Positions 1 through 7,854 of a DNA stretch of 39,654 bases are shown here, piece by piece. Where the stretch lies: the IMG/VR virus record IMGVR_UViG_3300046506_000191, one strand, 5' to 3'. Under the pieces are notes generated by a model. The model saw only the letters and a program-made list of their open reading frames with translations. It did not search any database and had not been told where the DNA came from. The position numbers and the translations under genes were made by a program. The stretch comes from a virus. Positions within the stretch are counted from its first letter, which is position 1. The number at the start of each line of letters is the position of its first letter.

Positions 1-127
1 TACAAGGAGTTGGACTGGCCGCGCTCCGCCGCCGAGGGTGACCCGGCCGCCAGCATCATCGGCACCGGCTTCCACACCTGGATGGAAGAAGCCTTCACCC
101 GCCGCCAGACGGTGCTGCCCGACGGCC
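1..127. repeat. Terminal overlap copy 1 (identical to 39528-39654)
   Basis: Exact 127-nt identity read directly from the sequence. It lies inside the nuclease CDS. Confidence 0.95.
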
Positions 128-669
128 GGCCCCGCTACAAGGTGGAGGAACGGGTCACCGTCCGCCCCCACCCCATCGAGGCCGCCGTCGTCGCCGGGTC
201 CACCGACCTGTTCGACCGCGCCACCAGCACCGTCTGGGACTGGAAACTCGTCGGCCACACCACGCTCGACAACTACCGGCGCAAGGGCCCCGGCCCCCAG
301 TACCGCACCCAGGCCCACCTGTACGGGCTCGGCCAGGAGAACGCCGGAGAGCACGTCGAACGCGTCGCGATCTGCTTCGTCGGCCGCTACCACGAGCTCC
401 GCGTCCACGTCTGGACCGAGCCCTACGACCGGCAGGTCGCCCTCGAGGCGCTCGCCCGACTGGACCGCATCCGCGCCCGCCTCACCGCATCCGGTGACGC
501 GAACGCCCCCTACGACCACGCCTGGTGGTCCCAAATCCCCACGGACGAACTGGCGAAGTGCCGGTTCTGCGAGTGGTTCAAGCCCGGTTCGACCGACCTC
601 GCCGTCGGCTGCCCCGGCATCCAGGCCGACCGCCCCGCGCGGCACGGCTTCGAATCCCTCATCGCATAA
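1..669 (+). CDS. PD-(D/E)XK nuclease, Cas4/RecB-like exonuclease (3' part; the gene starts at ATG 39375 and crosses the window junction)
   Basis: In-frame continuation of 39375..39654 through the overlap. Motifs GTGFHTWME, STDLFD, WDWK and QAHLYG are present. Four Cys are arranged as GDPCERR ... CRFCEW ... GCPG, as in Cas4-type Fe-S nucleases. Confidence 0.8.
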   Translation, partial: YKELDWPRSAAEGDPAASIIGTGFHTWMEEAFTRRQTVLPDGRPRYKVEERVTVRPHPIEAAVVAGSTDLFDRATSTVWDWKLVGHTTLDNYRRKGPGPQYRTQAHLYGLGQENAGEHVERVAICFVGRYHELRVHVWTEPYDRQVALEALARLDRIRARLTASGDANAPYDHAWWSQIPTDELAKCRFCEWFKPGSTDLAVGCPGIQADRPARHGFESLIA

Positions 670-683
670 GCACAGGAGCATCA

Positions 684-1316
684 GTGGACGCGAACAGCTT
701 CCTCATGGGCGGTGGTGGAGCAGCCACCGCCAAGTTCCCGACCCCCGGCACCGTGATCGGTGGCCGCATCACCGAACCGCCGACCCTCGAGCAGCAGCGC
801 GACATCAAGTCCGGCGAGAAGAAGTTCTGGAAGGACGGCGACCCGATGATGCAGCTCGTCGTCACCGTGCAGACCGACCTTCGTGACCCGGCCATCGAGG
901 ACGACGACGGCAAGCGCCGCATCTTCATCAAGGGCCAGATGAAGAACGCCGTCTCCGACGCGGTCCGGCAGGCCGGTGCCCGCGGCCTGGAGGTGGGCGG
1001 CACCCTGCACGTCCGCTTCACCCACGAACTCCCGGCGTCCGGGCCTGGCATGTCTCCGCCGAAACAGTACGTCGCGAAGTACGAGACGGCCGCCTCCATC
1101 GAGCTGGGCGCCTGGGGCGGCGCCGCCGCGGCGGCCCCGGCGGCGCCGCCCGCGCAGGTCGCGGGCGCCGTGCAGACCCCGGGCCCCATCGACTGGAACG
1201 CCGTCGGCGCCACGCCCGCCCCCGCCCCGGCCGCCGCCCCGCCCGGCGTCAACACCGTCACCGGCGAGATCGGCGGCGGCTACGCCCCGCCGCAGGGCGG
1301 CGAACCCCCCTTCTAG
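684..1316 (+). CDS. Protein with SSB-like architecture: folded N-domain, Ala/Pro/Gly linker, C-terminal GGEPPF tip. Candidate ssDNA-binding/recombination partner.
   Basis: GTG 684 follows AGGAGC. High GC3 ORF. The C-terminus AAPAAPPAQ...GGYAPPQGGEPPF resembles the actinobacterial SSB ...EPPF tail. Confidence 0.6.
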   Translation: MDANSFLMGGGGAATAKFPTPGTVIGGRITEPPTLEQQRDIKSGEKKFWKDGDPMMQLVVTVQTDLRDPAIEDDDGKRRIFIKGQMKNAVSDAVRQAGARGLEVGGTLHVRFTHELPASGPGMSPPKQYVAKYETAASIELGAWGGAAAAAPAAPPAQVAGAVQTPGPIDWNAVGATPAPAPAAAPPGVNTVTGEIGGGYAPPQGGEPPF

Positions 1317-1326
1317 GTACCGCCGC

Positions 1327-1382
1327 CCCCCAGCACCGCCCGCCACCGCGCGCCCCGCACCGCGGCGGCGGGCGGGCAAACC
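1327..1382 (+). repeat. 56-bp exact direct repeat, copy 1
   Basis: Identical to 1692-1747. Confidence 0.95.
1336..1375 (+). terminator. GC-rich stem-loop inside 56-bp repeat copy 1 (terminator/attenuator-like, no U tract)
   Basis: 1336-1350 pairs with 1361-1375 (15 bp, one A/C mismatch) around a 10-nt loop. It starts 20 nt after the stop at 1316. Confidence 0.4.
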
Positions 1383-1396
1383 AACCGGGAGAACTC

Positions 1397-1684
1397 ATGA
1401 AGACCCGCCGCGCCAGCCGCTACGTCACCGTCACCACCGACGTCGAGGTGGACATCGCTGACTACCTCACCGAGTCCGACAACGACGAGCTGAGCGAGCT
1501 CGGGCTGCACCGCGCGGACAGCTGTGCGGGAGACCCGCACGGCGCCGCCAGCGAGCTGCACAGCGCGCTCAACGCGCTGCACCAGCAGGCACACCCGGAC
1601 CAGTCGCTGTTTGTCGACATGTGCTTGCGCGAGCCGTGCCGCTCGCTGTTGCTGCAGAAGTTTCCGCAGCTCGGCAACTGCTGA
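1397..1684 (+). CDS. Hypothetical acidic protein (95 aa)
   Basis: ATG preceded by GGGAGA. High GC3. Bracketed by the two 56-bp repeats. Confidence 0.65.
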   Translation: MKTRRASRYVTVTTDVEVDIADYLTESDNDELSELGLHRADSCAGDPHGAASELHSALNALHQQAHPDQSLFVDMCLREPCRSLLLQKFPQLGNC

Positions 1685-1691
1685 CGCCCTG

Positions 1692-1747
1692 CCCCCAGCA
1701 CCGCCCGCCACCGCGCGCCCCGCACCGCGGCGGCGGGCGGGCAAACC
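1692..1747 (+). repeat. 56-bp exact direct repeat, copy 2 (contains the same stem-loop at 1701-1740)
   Basis: Identical to 1327-1382. Confidence 0.95.
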
Positions 1748-1776
1748 CCAGCCACCGACCCGAGGAGCGCTCCCCC

Positions 1777-4233
1777 TTGAGCACCGCACCGGTCCGCGAC
1801 ACGCCACTCGACGGCGCCCTGTGGCTCACCAGCCGCGGCTTCGCCGTCTTCCCCGTGGACCACCCCGGGCTGCAGCGGTGCGCCGGCATCGGCCAGGGCC
1901 ACGACCCCGCCACCTGTACCCAGCGCGGTAAGCACCCCGCCGTGGCGTTCACCCGCAGCCACGCCCGCACCGAGCAGCAGGCAGTCGCCCTGTTCGGCGG
2001 GCAGCTCCGCAACGTGGGCGTCGCCGTCGGCGCCTGCCGCGGCCCGGGCGGCGAGCAGCTGCTCGTCGTCGACTCCGATCGGCCCGGCGCCATCGAAGAC
2101 ACCGCCGCCCGCCTCGGCCACGCGCACACCCCGACCATGCGCGTCCACACCGCCAAGGGCCACCACGACTACTACTGGGCACCGGCGGACGCCCCCCTCG
2201 GCAACGGCCTCGGCATCCTCCGCGGACAGTTCGACGGCGACGTCCGCGCCGGAAATGCCTACGTCATCGGCCCCGGCTCCGTCCACGCCACCGGCGTCAT
2301 CTACGAGCTGGACGACCCCGAGCAGGCGCCCGTCCCGGCGCCCGCCTGGCTGCTCACCGCGCTGCAGACCAAGCCCGCAACCGCACCCGTCGCGCCGCCC
2401 AGCAACGTGATCGCGCTGCCCGCCGACCGGTATGACGCCTACACCCGCAAAGCCGTACAGGCCGAATGCGACGCCATCGCGCACGCAACGGACGGTGACC
2501 AGAACAACCAGATCAACACCAGCGCGTTCAGCATCGGCACCCTCGTCGGCGCTGGCGCGCTCACCGAAGGCGAAGCCCGGCAGACGCTGCTCGCCGCCGC
2601 CCGTGCAGGCAACCACCCTGACGGGCGGGCCCTGCCCACCATCAACTCCGGGCTCACCGCAGGCATGGCCCACCCCCGCACCCCGTGGCCCCCGGTCTCC
2701 CGCGACCGCTTCACCCTGCTCCTCCCCCAGCAGCCCACCGCCCCGGCCGCGCCTGCGGCGAGCACTCCCGCGTGGACCGCGCCCGTCGAGACGCCGATCG
2801 TCCTGCCCTCCCCGATGCCCGCCCGCGAATGGGACGACCTCGGCAACGCCGAACGCATCATCGACCGCTACGGCAGCGAGATCCGGTGGCTCGCCGACAT
2901 CGAACGCTGGGCGTACTACGACAAGGGCCGCTGGACCCTGAAGGCAGCCAACACCGGCGTGTGGACCCGCGCCGTCGACACCATCAACCAGCTCGAGGAC
3001 GAGGCCCCCAACTACAGCGACGAGACGCCACAGCCCGACCCCGGCAGCAAAGCGCAGGCGCCGGCCGCCAGCGAGCAGGAGAAGTTCCGCGCCTGGGGCC
3101 GCAAGCAGCGCATGCGGCCCAAGCTCGCCGCCGCCCGCGACGTCCTCCAGGCCTACCCCGTCGTCCACTCCGCCATGGACGCCTTCGATCAGCCGGAGAC
3201 GCTCCTCAACGTCACCAACGGCATCGTCGACCTCGCCACCGGTGACCTCCGCGCCCACGACCGCGGCCTCTACCTCATGCAGCAGTCACCCATCTGCTAC
3301 GACCCGACCGCCACCTGCCCCACGTGGGACAAGTTCCTCGCAGGCGTCATGCCCGACCCTGAGCGCCGCGCCTACCTCGCCCGCGTCGTCGGCTACAGCC
3401 TCACCGCCTGCACCGGCGAGCAGGTCATGTTCATCCACCACGGCGAAGGACAGAACGGCAAAGGCGTGTTCATGCGCGTCGTCATGGGCCTGCTCGGCGA
3501 TTACGCCCAGGCCGTGCCCGCCTCCACCCTCATGGCCAAGCACGGCGACGGCGGCATCCCCAACGACGTTGCCCGCATGGTCGGCAAGCGCCTCCTGTCT
3601 ACCTCCGAGACTGGACGCACCGCCGAAGGCCGAGGCAAGCCGCTCGACGAGGAACTCGTCAAGCGGCTCACCGGTGAAGACCCGGTGTCCGCCCGGTTCC
3701 TGAACGCCGAGTTCTTCGAGTTCAAGCCCGTCGGAAAGATCCACCTCGCGACGAACCACCTGCCCGACGTGTCCGGCAGTCACAGCATGGCCCGCCGCCT
3801 CCAAGACATTGGCTGGGACGTCATCGTGCCCCCTGCCAAGCGGATCCAGGGCCTGGCCGAACAGATCCTCGCCCGCGAAGCGGCAGGCGTCCTCAACTGG
3901 GCCATCCGCGGCTGCCTCGACTGGCAGCAGCGCGGCCTCGCCGTGCCCGACTCCGTCACCGCGAAGACCCGCGAGCACATCGCCCAGTCCAATCCCCTCG
4001 CGACGTGGCTGGAAGAGGAGACCGACGAGGTCGCTGACGCCGTCACCGAGAACGGCCAGCTGTACGGCAGGTACAAGGCGTGGGCCGAACGCGCGGGCGT
4101 TCGGCACCCCATGTCGATGAAGGCGTTCACGATCCGCCTGCAGGAGCAGGGGTTCCAGCAGGACAAGGACTCCCGCACCCGCCGGGCTGTCACTCGCGGC
4201 CTCGCGCTCGCCCTCCTTGGCGGCGCCCAGTGA
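1777..4233 (+). CDS. Bifunctional primase-polymerase (Prim-Pol) fused to a D5/P4-type SF3 helicase NTPase
   Basis: The N-terminal part (GFAVFPV, LLVVDSD, HTAKGHHDYYW, VIGPGSVH) matches the AEP prim-pol pattern. The C-terminal part carries Walker A HHGEGQNGKGV and a P4-family primase C-terminal region. TTG 1777 lies 9 nt after GAGGAG; the start is uncertain. Confidence 0.85.
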   Translation: MSTAPVRDTPLDGALWLTSRGFAVFPVDHPGLQRCAGIGQGHDPATCTQRGKHPAVAFTRSHARTEQQAVALFGGQLRNVGVAVGACRGPGGEQLLVVDSDRPGAIEDTAARLGHAHTPTMRVHTAKGHHDYYWAPADAPLGNGLGILRGQFDGDVRAGNAYVIGPGSVHATGVIYELDDPEQAPVPAPAWLLTALQTKPATAPVAPPSNVIALPADRYDAYTRKAVQAECDAIAHATDGDQNNQINTSAFSIGTLVGAGALTEGEARQTLLAAARAGNHPDGRALPTINSGLTAGMAHPRTPWPPVSRDRFTLLLPQQPTAPAAPAASTPAWTAPVETPIVLPSPMPAREWDDLGNAERIIDRYGSEIRWLADIERWAYYDKGRWTLKAANTGVWTRAVDTINQLEDEAPNYSDETPQPDPGSKAQAPAASEQEKFRAWGRKQRMRPKLAAARDVLQAYPVVHSAMDAFDQPETLLNVTNGIVDLATGDLRAHDRGLYLMQQSPICYDPTATCPTWDKFLAGVMPDPERRAYLARVVGYSLTACTGEQVMFIHHGEGQNGKGVFMRVVMGLLGDYAQAVPASTLMAKHGDGGIPNDVARMVGKRLLSTSETGRTAEGRGKPLDEELVKRLTGEDPVSARFLNAEFFEFKPVGKIHLATNHLPDVSGSHSMARRLQDIGWDVIVPPAKRIQGLAEQILAREAAGVLNWAIRGCLDWQQRGLAVPDSVTAKTREHIAQSNPLATWLEEETDEVADAVTENGQLYGRYKAWAERAGVRHPMSMKAFTIRLQEQGFQQDKDSRTRRAVTRGLALALLGGAQ

Positions 4234-4493
4234 GCGGCTGTGCGAAGGGGTGCGAAGGGGTTGCGAAGGGGTTTGCGAAGGGGTGTGCGAAGGCTTTGAC
4301 CTGCAAGTCGAAGGGATCGAAGGGGTTTTCCAACACCTACGCGCATAAGGAGATGGAAAACCAGAACGGTCCTTATGCAACAGCAGGACCGCGAAACCCC
4401 TTCGACCCCTTCGCACCGCAGGTCAACCCCTACGCACACCCCTTCGCAAACCCCTTCGCAACCCCTTCGCACCCCTTCGACGGCGCCCGATGA
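4230..4493 (+). CDS. Questionable 87-codon ORF reading through both palindrome arms (AKG-repeat N-half, NPF/PFA-repeat C-half)
   Basis: GTG 4230 overlaps the primase stop (GTGA) and the TGA stop overlaps the next start (ATGA). GC3 by hand count is only about 72 percent. The amino-acid repeats are direct by-products of the DNA iterons. Confidence 0.25.
   Translation: MSGCAKGCEGVAKGFAKGCAKALTCKSKGSKGFSNTYAHKEMENQNGPYATAGPRNPFDPFAPQVNPYAHPFANPFATPSHPFDGAR
4243..4479. repeat. Nested 237-bp palindrome built from GCGAAGGGG / CCCCTTCGC iterons; candidate replication origin
   Basis: 4243-4289 is the perfect reverse complement of 4433-4479 (47 nt). The arms continue imperfectly to 4328/4394. A central hairpin pairs 4343-4351 with 4370-4378. 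Confidence 0.6.
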
Positions 4494-4816
4494 GCAGCCT
4501 TCCGGCGCACCTCATCGCCGAGCGGGCTGCTCGCGCCGCCGAGACCGTCCGGCACCAGGCGTGCCCCCGCTGCGGAGCCGACACCCTCACCGCCCGCACC
4601 CCCGACCGCGTCGCCGCCGTCGACGTCCGCGCCGACCCGGCGCCTGTCGACCCGAACGCCATCCCCGCCGACCGCATGGCCTGGTGCCTCACCGGCGGCC
4701 AGCACACCACGCAGCACATCCGCTGGCGCGACCGCTGGCACGCCCCCCACTGCACCCACCCCGTCCTCATCGACCACGCATGCCGACCCCGACCCGTACA
4801 GGAGACCCTGCTGTGA
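4490..4816 (+). CDS. Hypothetical protein with CxxC and His/Cys-rich C-terminus (108 aa)
   Basis: High GC3 ORF. No obvious SD, so possibly coupled to upstream translation. Contains CPRC ... HAPHCTH ... HAC. Confidence 0.65.
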   Translation: MSSLPAHLIAERAARAAETVRHQACPRCGADTLTARTPDRVAAVDVRADPAPVDPNAIPADRMAWCLTGGQHTTQHIRWRDRWHAPHCTHPVLIDHACRPRPVQETLL

Positions 4817-5304
4817 GCCGATCCAAAGCCAAGGGCACCGCCGCCGAAACCGCGGTCGTCCAGTACCTCCAGGCCGCCGGGTTCGCCCAGACCGAGCGCC
4901 GCGCCCTCAACGGCAACCTGGACCGCGGCGACATCGCCGGCATCCCCGGCGTCGTCATCGAGGTGAAGAACTGCGCCCGGCAGGAACTCCCCGCCTGGGT
5001 CGCCGAAGCCGAGCTCGAGCGAGACAACGACAACGCGACGCTCGGCGTCGTCTGGCACAAGCGCCGCGGCAAGGGCAGCCCTCGCGACTGGTTCGTCACC
5101 ATGAGCGGCGCCCAGTTCGTTGCCCTGCTCCGCGAACAGCAGGGCCTCGACGCCCTGGCCCAGGACCCGGAGCGGAACCGCTGCCTGTCCGTATACGGCG
5201 GGATCTTCCGCTGCGCCAAGCCGACTGGCCACATGGGGGAACACCGGCTCGGCCGCACGGTGTGGGGCCGTCGCGCAGAGGACGACGGCGGTGAGGCAGC
5301 GTGA
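4813..5304 (+). CDS. PD-(D/E)XK endonuclease, Holliday-junction resolvase-like (archaeal Hjc-like)
   Basis: GTGA-coupled start after CAGGAG. KGTAAETAVVQYL ... RGDIAG ... VIEVK gives the E...D...ExK nuclease motif set. Confidence 0.7.
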   Translation: MSRSKAKGTAAETAVVQYLQAAGFAQTERRALNGNLDRGDIAGIPGVVIEVKNCARQELPAWVAEAELERDNDNATLGVVWHKRRGKGSPRDWFVTMSGAQFVALLREQQGLDALAQDPERNRCLSVYGGIFRCAKPTGHMGEHRLGRTVWGRRAEDDGGEAA

Positions 5305-5708
5305 CCCAGCAGCCGTACCGCGTCCTCGTCACCGGCAGCCGCGACTGGCAGGCCATCGGCGTCGTTCGCCGCGCCCTCGACGAAGTCCTCGCCGTCCTCC
5401 CGCACGATCAGCCCCTAGTCGTCGCTCACGGGGACTGCCCGACCGGCGCCGACATCATGGCCAAGGTGTGGGCGCTGACCACCTTCACCCCGGCCTGCAC
5501 GGACGACTTCGAGCGCGTCACCGAAGAACCGCATCCCGCTGCCTGGCACGTCCACGGCAACGCTGCTGGCCCGATCCGCAACAAGGCCATGGTCGACAAG
5601 GGCGCCGACATCTGCCTCGCGTTCATCCGCAACGGCAGCCGCGGGGCCAGCCACACCGCAGCCCTCGTCGAGCAGGCCGGGATCCCCACAAGGCGGTGGA
5701 CCGCGTGA
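5301..5708 (+). CDS. SLOG-superfamily / DUF2493-like protein
   Basis: YRVLVTGSRDW ... VVAHGDCPTGADI ... GPIRNKAMV ... SRGASHT pattern recalled from the DUF2493/YspA-type Rossmann-like family. GTGA-coupled start. Confidence 0.6.
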   Translation: MTQQPYRVLVTGSRDWQAIGVVRRALDEVLAVLPHDQPLVVAHGDCPTGADIMAKVWALTTFTPACTDDFERVTEEPHPAAWHVHGNAAGPIRNKAMVDKGADICLAFIRNGSRGASHTAALVEQAGIPTRRWTA

Positions 5709-5899
5709 GCGAGCAGCCCGCCATCGTCACCGGCATAACGGCCGGCCTCACCGTCCGCGGCCTCGACCGCGAGCAGACCCCGGTAGCCGACTGGCTGTGC
5801 GCCTGCCGCCACCACGAGCGCGCCACCGGCCGCCAGGCCGTGCAGCAGCTGCTCGCCCGCGTCCGCGTCGGCCACTGCCCCCACGGAGCCGCCGCATGA
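5705..5899 (+). CDS. Hypothetical small protein (64 aa, CxC ... HCPH)
   Basis: GTGA-coupled start, ATGA-coupled stop, high GC3. Confidence 0.5.
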   Translation: MSEQPAIVTGITAGLTVRGLDREQTPVADWLCACRHHERATGRQAVQQLLARVRVGHCPHGAAA

Positions 5900-6054
5900 T
5901 CCCCGCCGCCGTCCGCGCCGTCATCGCCGCCGTCATGACCGAACACCCCGCAGCCTCACCCGAGCTCCTCGCCCGCCTCGTCGTCGCCGAACTCCGCGAC
6001 CTCGGCTGGCACATCACCGCCACCCGCCCGTCACGCACCGCAAGGAGCAACTGA
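5896..6054 (+). CDS. Hypothetical small protein (52 aa)
   Basis: ATG after ACGGAG. Coupled on both sides. Confidence 0.5.
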   Translation: MIPAAVRAVIAAVMTEHPAASPELLARLVVAELRDLGWHITATRPSRTARSN

Positions 6055-6545
6055 TGCCCGCCGCCCGTGTCTTCACCCGCGACCAGCTCGACACCCTCGG
6101 CCTGCCGCACGACCTGGCCACCGAGGAGAACGCCGCCGAGTTTCCCGAGGCCGCCGTGGAACTGCACCGCGAGCAGGTCGACACCCGCCGCTGGGTGTCC
6201 GTCCACGAGCTGGTGTTCCGCGCCCCCGACGACGGCAAGACGTATGCCGTCACCTACGAGCAGGGCCTCACGGAGCTCCAGGAGGACACCGACCCGTGGG
6301 ACTACGCCAAAGAGATCAGGGCCCTTGAGGTTGAAGCGCGCGCCGTCGTAATCACGGAATGGCACTCCGTGGCAAGCAAGGCCGCCGATCGGCCCGCCGC
6401 CCTGACCACCGCCGAGCGGCAGTTCCTCACCTACGCCCTGGACCTCGCCGCGGACCAGATGGCCTCACGCGGCAACGAGTTCGGTGACGAGGACACCGCG
6501 GCGCTGGAGAAGCTGCGCCGCATGGCCGACGAGCAGCCGTCGTGA
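6054..6545 (+). CDS. Hypothetical acidic protein (163 aa)
   Basis: ATG 6 nt after AAGGAG. High GC3. Confidence 0.7.
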   Translation: MPAARVFTRDQLDTLGLPHDLATEENAAEFPEAAVELHREQVDTRRWVSVHELVFRAPDDGKTYAVTYEQGLTELQEDTDPWDYAKEIRALEVEARAVVITEWHSVASKAADRPAALTTAERQFLTYALDLAADQMASRGNEFGDEDTAALEKLRRMADEQPS

Positions 6546-6634
6546 TCGCGGTCCTCGGGTTCGTCGCCCTGGTCGTGCTCGCCGCCGGCCTGCCCCTCGC
6601 CCACTGGATGTACTCGCCCTGGAGGAACCGATGA
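6542..6634 (+). CDS. Possible 30-aa single-pass membrane peptide
   Basis: GTGA-coupled start and ATGA-coupled stop. Hydrophobic VIAVLGFVALVVLAAGLPLA. Below the ORF-track length cut-off. Confidence 0.35.
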   Translation: MIAVLGFVALVVLAAGLPLAHWMYSPWRNR

Positions 6635-6984
6635 CGCGCACGCCGCCCGCCGACGAAGACGTGATCCGCGCCGCCCGCCTCGACAGCCTTGGCGTGCTCC
6701 TCACCCGCATCGCCAACGGCGTCAGGTTGACCGCCGACGAGGCCCGGCTCCTCATGGACCACATCGACGTCGAGGTCCGTGAGAGCACCACGGCCCGCGA
6801 GGTAGCCCGCGGCAACCTGCGGCACGTGAAGATGCTCGTGCCCGAGCTGGAGGCGGCGCAGGCCGCCATTGTTCGGGTGCGCCGACTGTGCGAGATGACC
6901 ATCGCGAGTTCCATCCGGGTGCAGGCCGTGCAGCAGGCTTGCGACACCCTCGCGCTCCTCGACGAGCTGAAGGGGAAGTCGTGA
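6631..6984 (+). CDS. Hypothetical protein (117 aa)
   Basis: ATG 4 nt after GGAGGA. High GC3. Confidence 0.7.
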   Translation: MTRTPPADEDVIRAARLDSLGVLLTRIANGVRLTADEARLLMDHIDVEVRESTTAREVARGNLRHVKMLVPELEAAQAAIVRVRRLCEMTIASSIRVQAVQQACDTLALLDELKGKS

Positions 6985-7604
6985 ACCAGTGCGGCCTGTG
7001 CGATCGCCAGCTCGAGCACGGCTACCTCTGCCCCGGTGACACCCTCGCCCTGGCCGAGCGCCTCGAGCGGATGCCGAAGCTGTACGCGGCGCTCGCCGGA
7101 TTCCTTGCCCCGGCCGGCGCCTCGCCCGGGGAGCGTGTCTCGGTGAGCCGCGTCGAACCCGGGCTCCCCGTGAACGAGGCCGTCCTCGACCTTCGGTACG
7201 GCGGCATGGCCCTGGTTCTGGAATCGTGGCGGTCCGACGTCCAGGCCGCGCGCGGCTGGGGTGAGCCCGCCATCGAGGGCAGCGTCGACCGCCGCGTCCT
7301 GGTGGCGGCCCGGGCGCTGTCCATGAACCTCGAATGGATCGCCGCCAGCTACCCGGCGGCCGGTGATCTGGCGCGCGAGGTATGCGAGCTCGAGGGCGCC
7401 GCTCTGTCGATCGTCGGCGCTCTCCCGGACCGCGGCCGGCGTATCGGGCAGTGCGTGGCCGTCGACGCGTCCGAGGTGGTGTGCGGGGCCGTCTTGCGCC
7501 ACCGCGCTGGCGAGACGCGCATCGTCTGTCCGTGGTGCACCTGCGTGTACGAGGCCAGGGACTTCCTGATGCTGGCCCAGTTTCAGCCGAAGGAGTCTGC
7601 GTGA
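6981..7604 (+). CDS. Hypothetical protein with N-terminal CxxC...C and C-terminal CPWCTC zinc-ribbon-like pairs (207 aa)
   Basis: GTGA-coupled start after GAAGGGGA. High GC3. Confidence 0.65.
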   Translation: MNQCGLCDRQLEHGYLCPGDTLALAERLERMPKLYAALAGFLAPAGASPGERVSVSRVEPGLPVNEAVLDLRYGGMALVLESWRSDVQAARGWGEPAIEGSVDRRVLVAARALSMNLEWIAASYPAAGDLAREVCELEGAALSIVGALPDRGRRIGQCVAVDASEVVCGAVLRHRAGETRIVCPWCTCVYEARDFLMLAQFQPKESA

Positions 7605-7614
7605 CCTTCGGCGG

Positions 7615-7809
7615 TCAGTCCTCGCGGCCCGCAGCGCTGTTGTCGCCCTGCCGCGCTGCGGGCGCGGAGACGTATCGGTGCAGGGCGGACACGATGACGT
7701 CCGTGATCGTCCGCCCTTCGGCTGCCGCGCGTTCCTGGGCAGCCTTCCAAAGGCCGTCCGGGACCCGAACGTTGCGTACCGGCGTCTTGCCGGTGGCCGG
7801 CCTGCCCAT
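7615..7809 (-). CDS. Ribbon-helix-helix (CopG/Arc-like) DNA-binding protein
   Basis: ATG at 7809 follows GGGAGG on the minus strand. VRVPDGLWKAAQERAAAEGRTITDVIVSALHRYV is a typical RHH beta-alpha-alpha segment. Confidence 0.7.
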   Translation of the reverse strand: MGRPATGKTPVRNVRVPDGLWKAAQERAAAEGRTITDVIVSALHRYVSAPAARQGDNSAAGRED

Positions 7810-7854
7810 GGCACCTCCCGTGTAGGTACAGAAATCTACGCCCACCACCCCGGA

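Noticed and set aside
38-1316. Alternative-frame ORFs 38..886 and the long 525 start of 525..1316
   Set aside because: They are Pro/Arg/Ser-rich frame artefacts overlapping the nuclease gene. GTG 684 with AGGAGC gives a compact, non-overlapping gene.
1462-3258. 598-aa minus-strand ORF opposite the primase-helicase gene
   Set aside because: It is a typical high-GC shadow ORF. It is Gly/Ala/Arg/Val-rich low complexity with no SD. It is fully overlapped by a plus-strand gene that has clear catalytic motifs.
4241-4480. Possible CRISPR array or simple tandem repeat
   Set aside because: The repeat unit is only 9-10 nt with 1-3 nt spacers, and the two halves are reverse complements. This is a palindrome/iteron structure, not repeat-spacer architecture.
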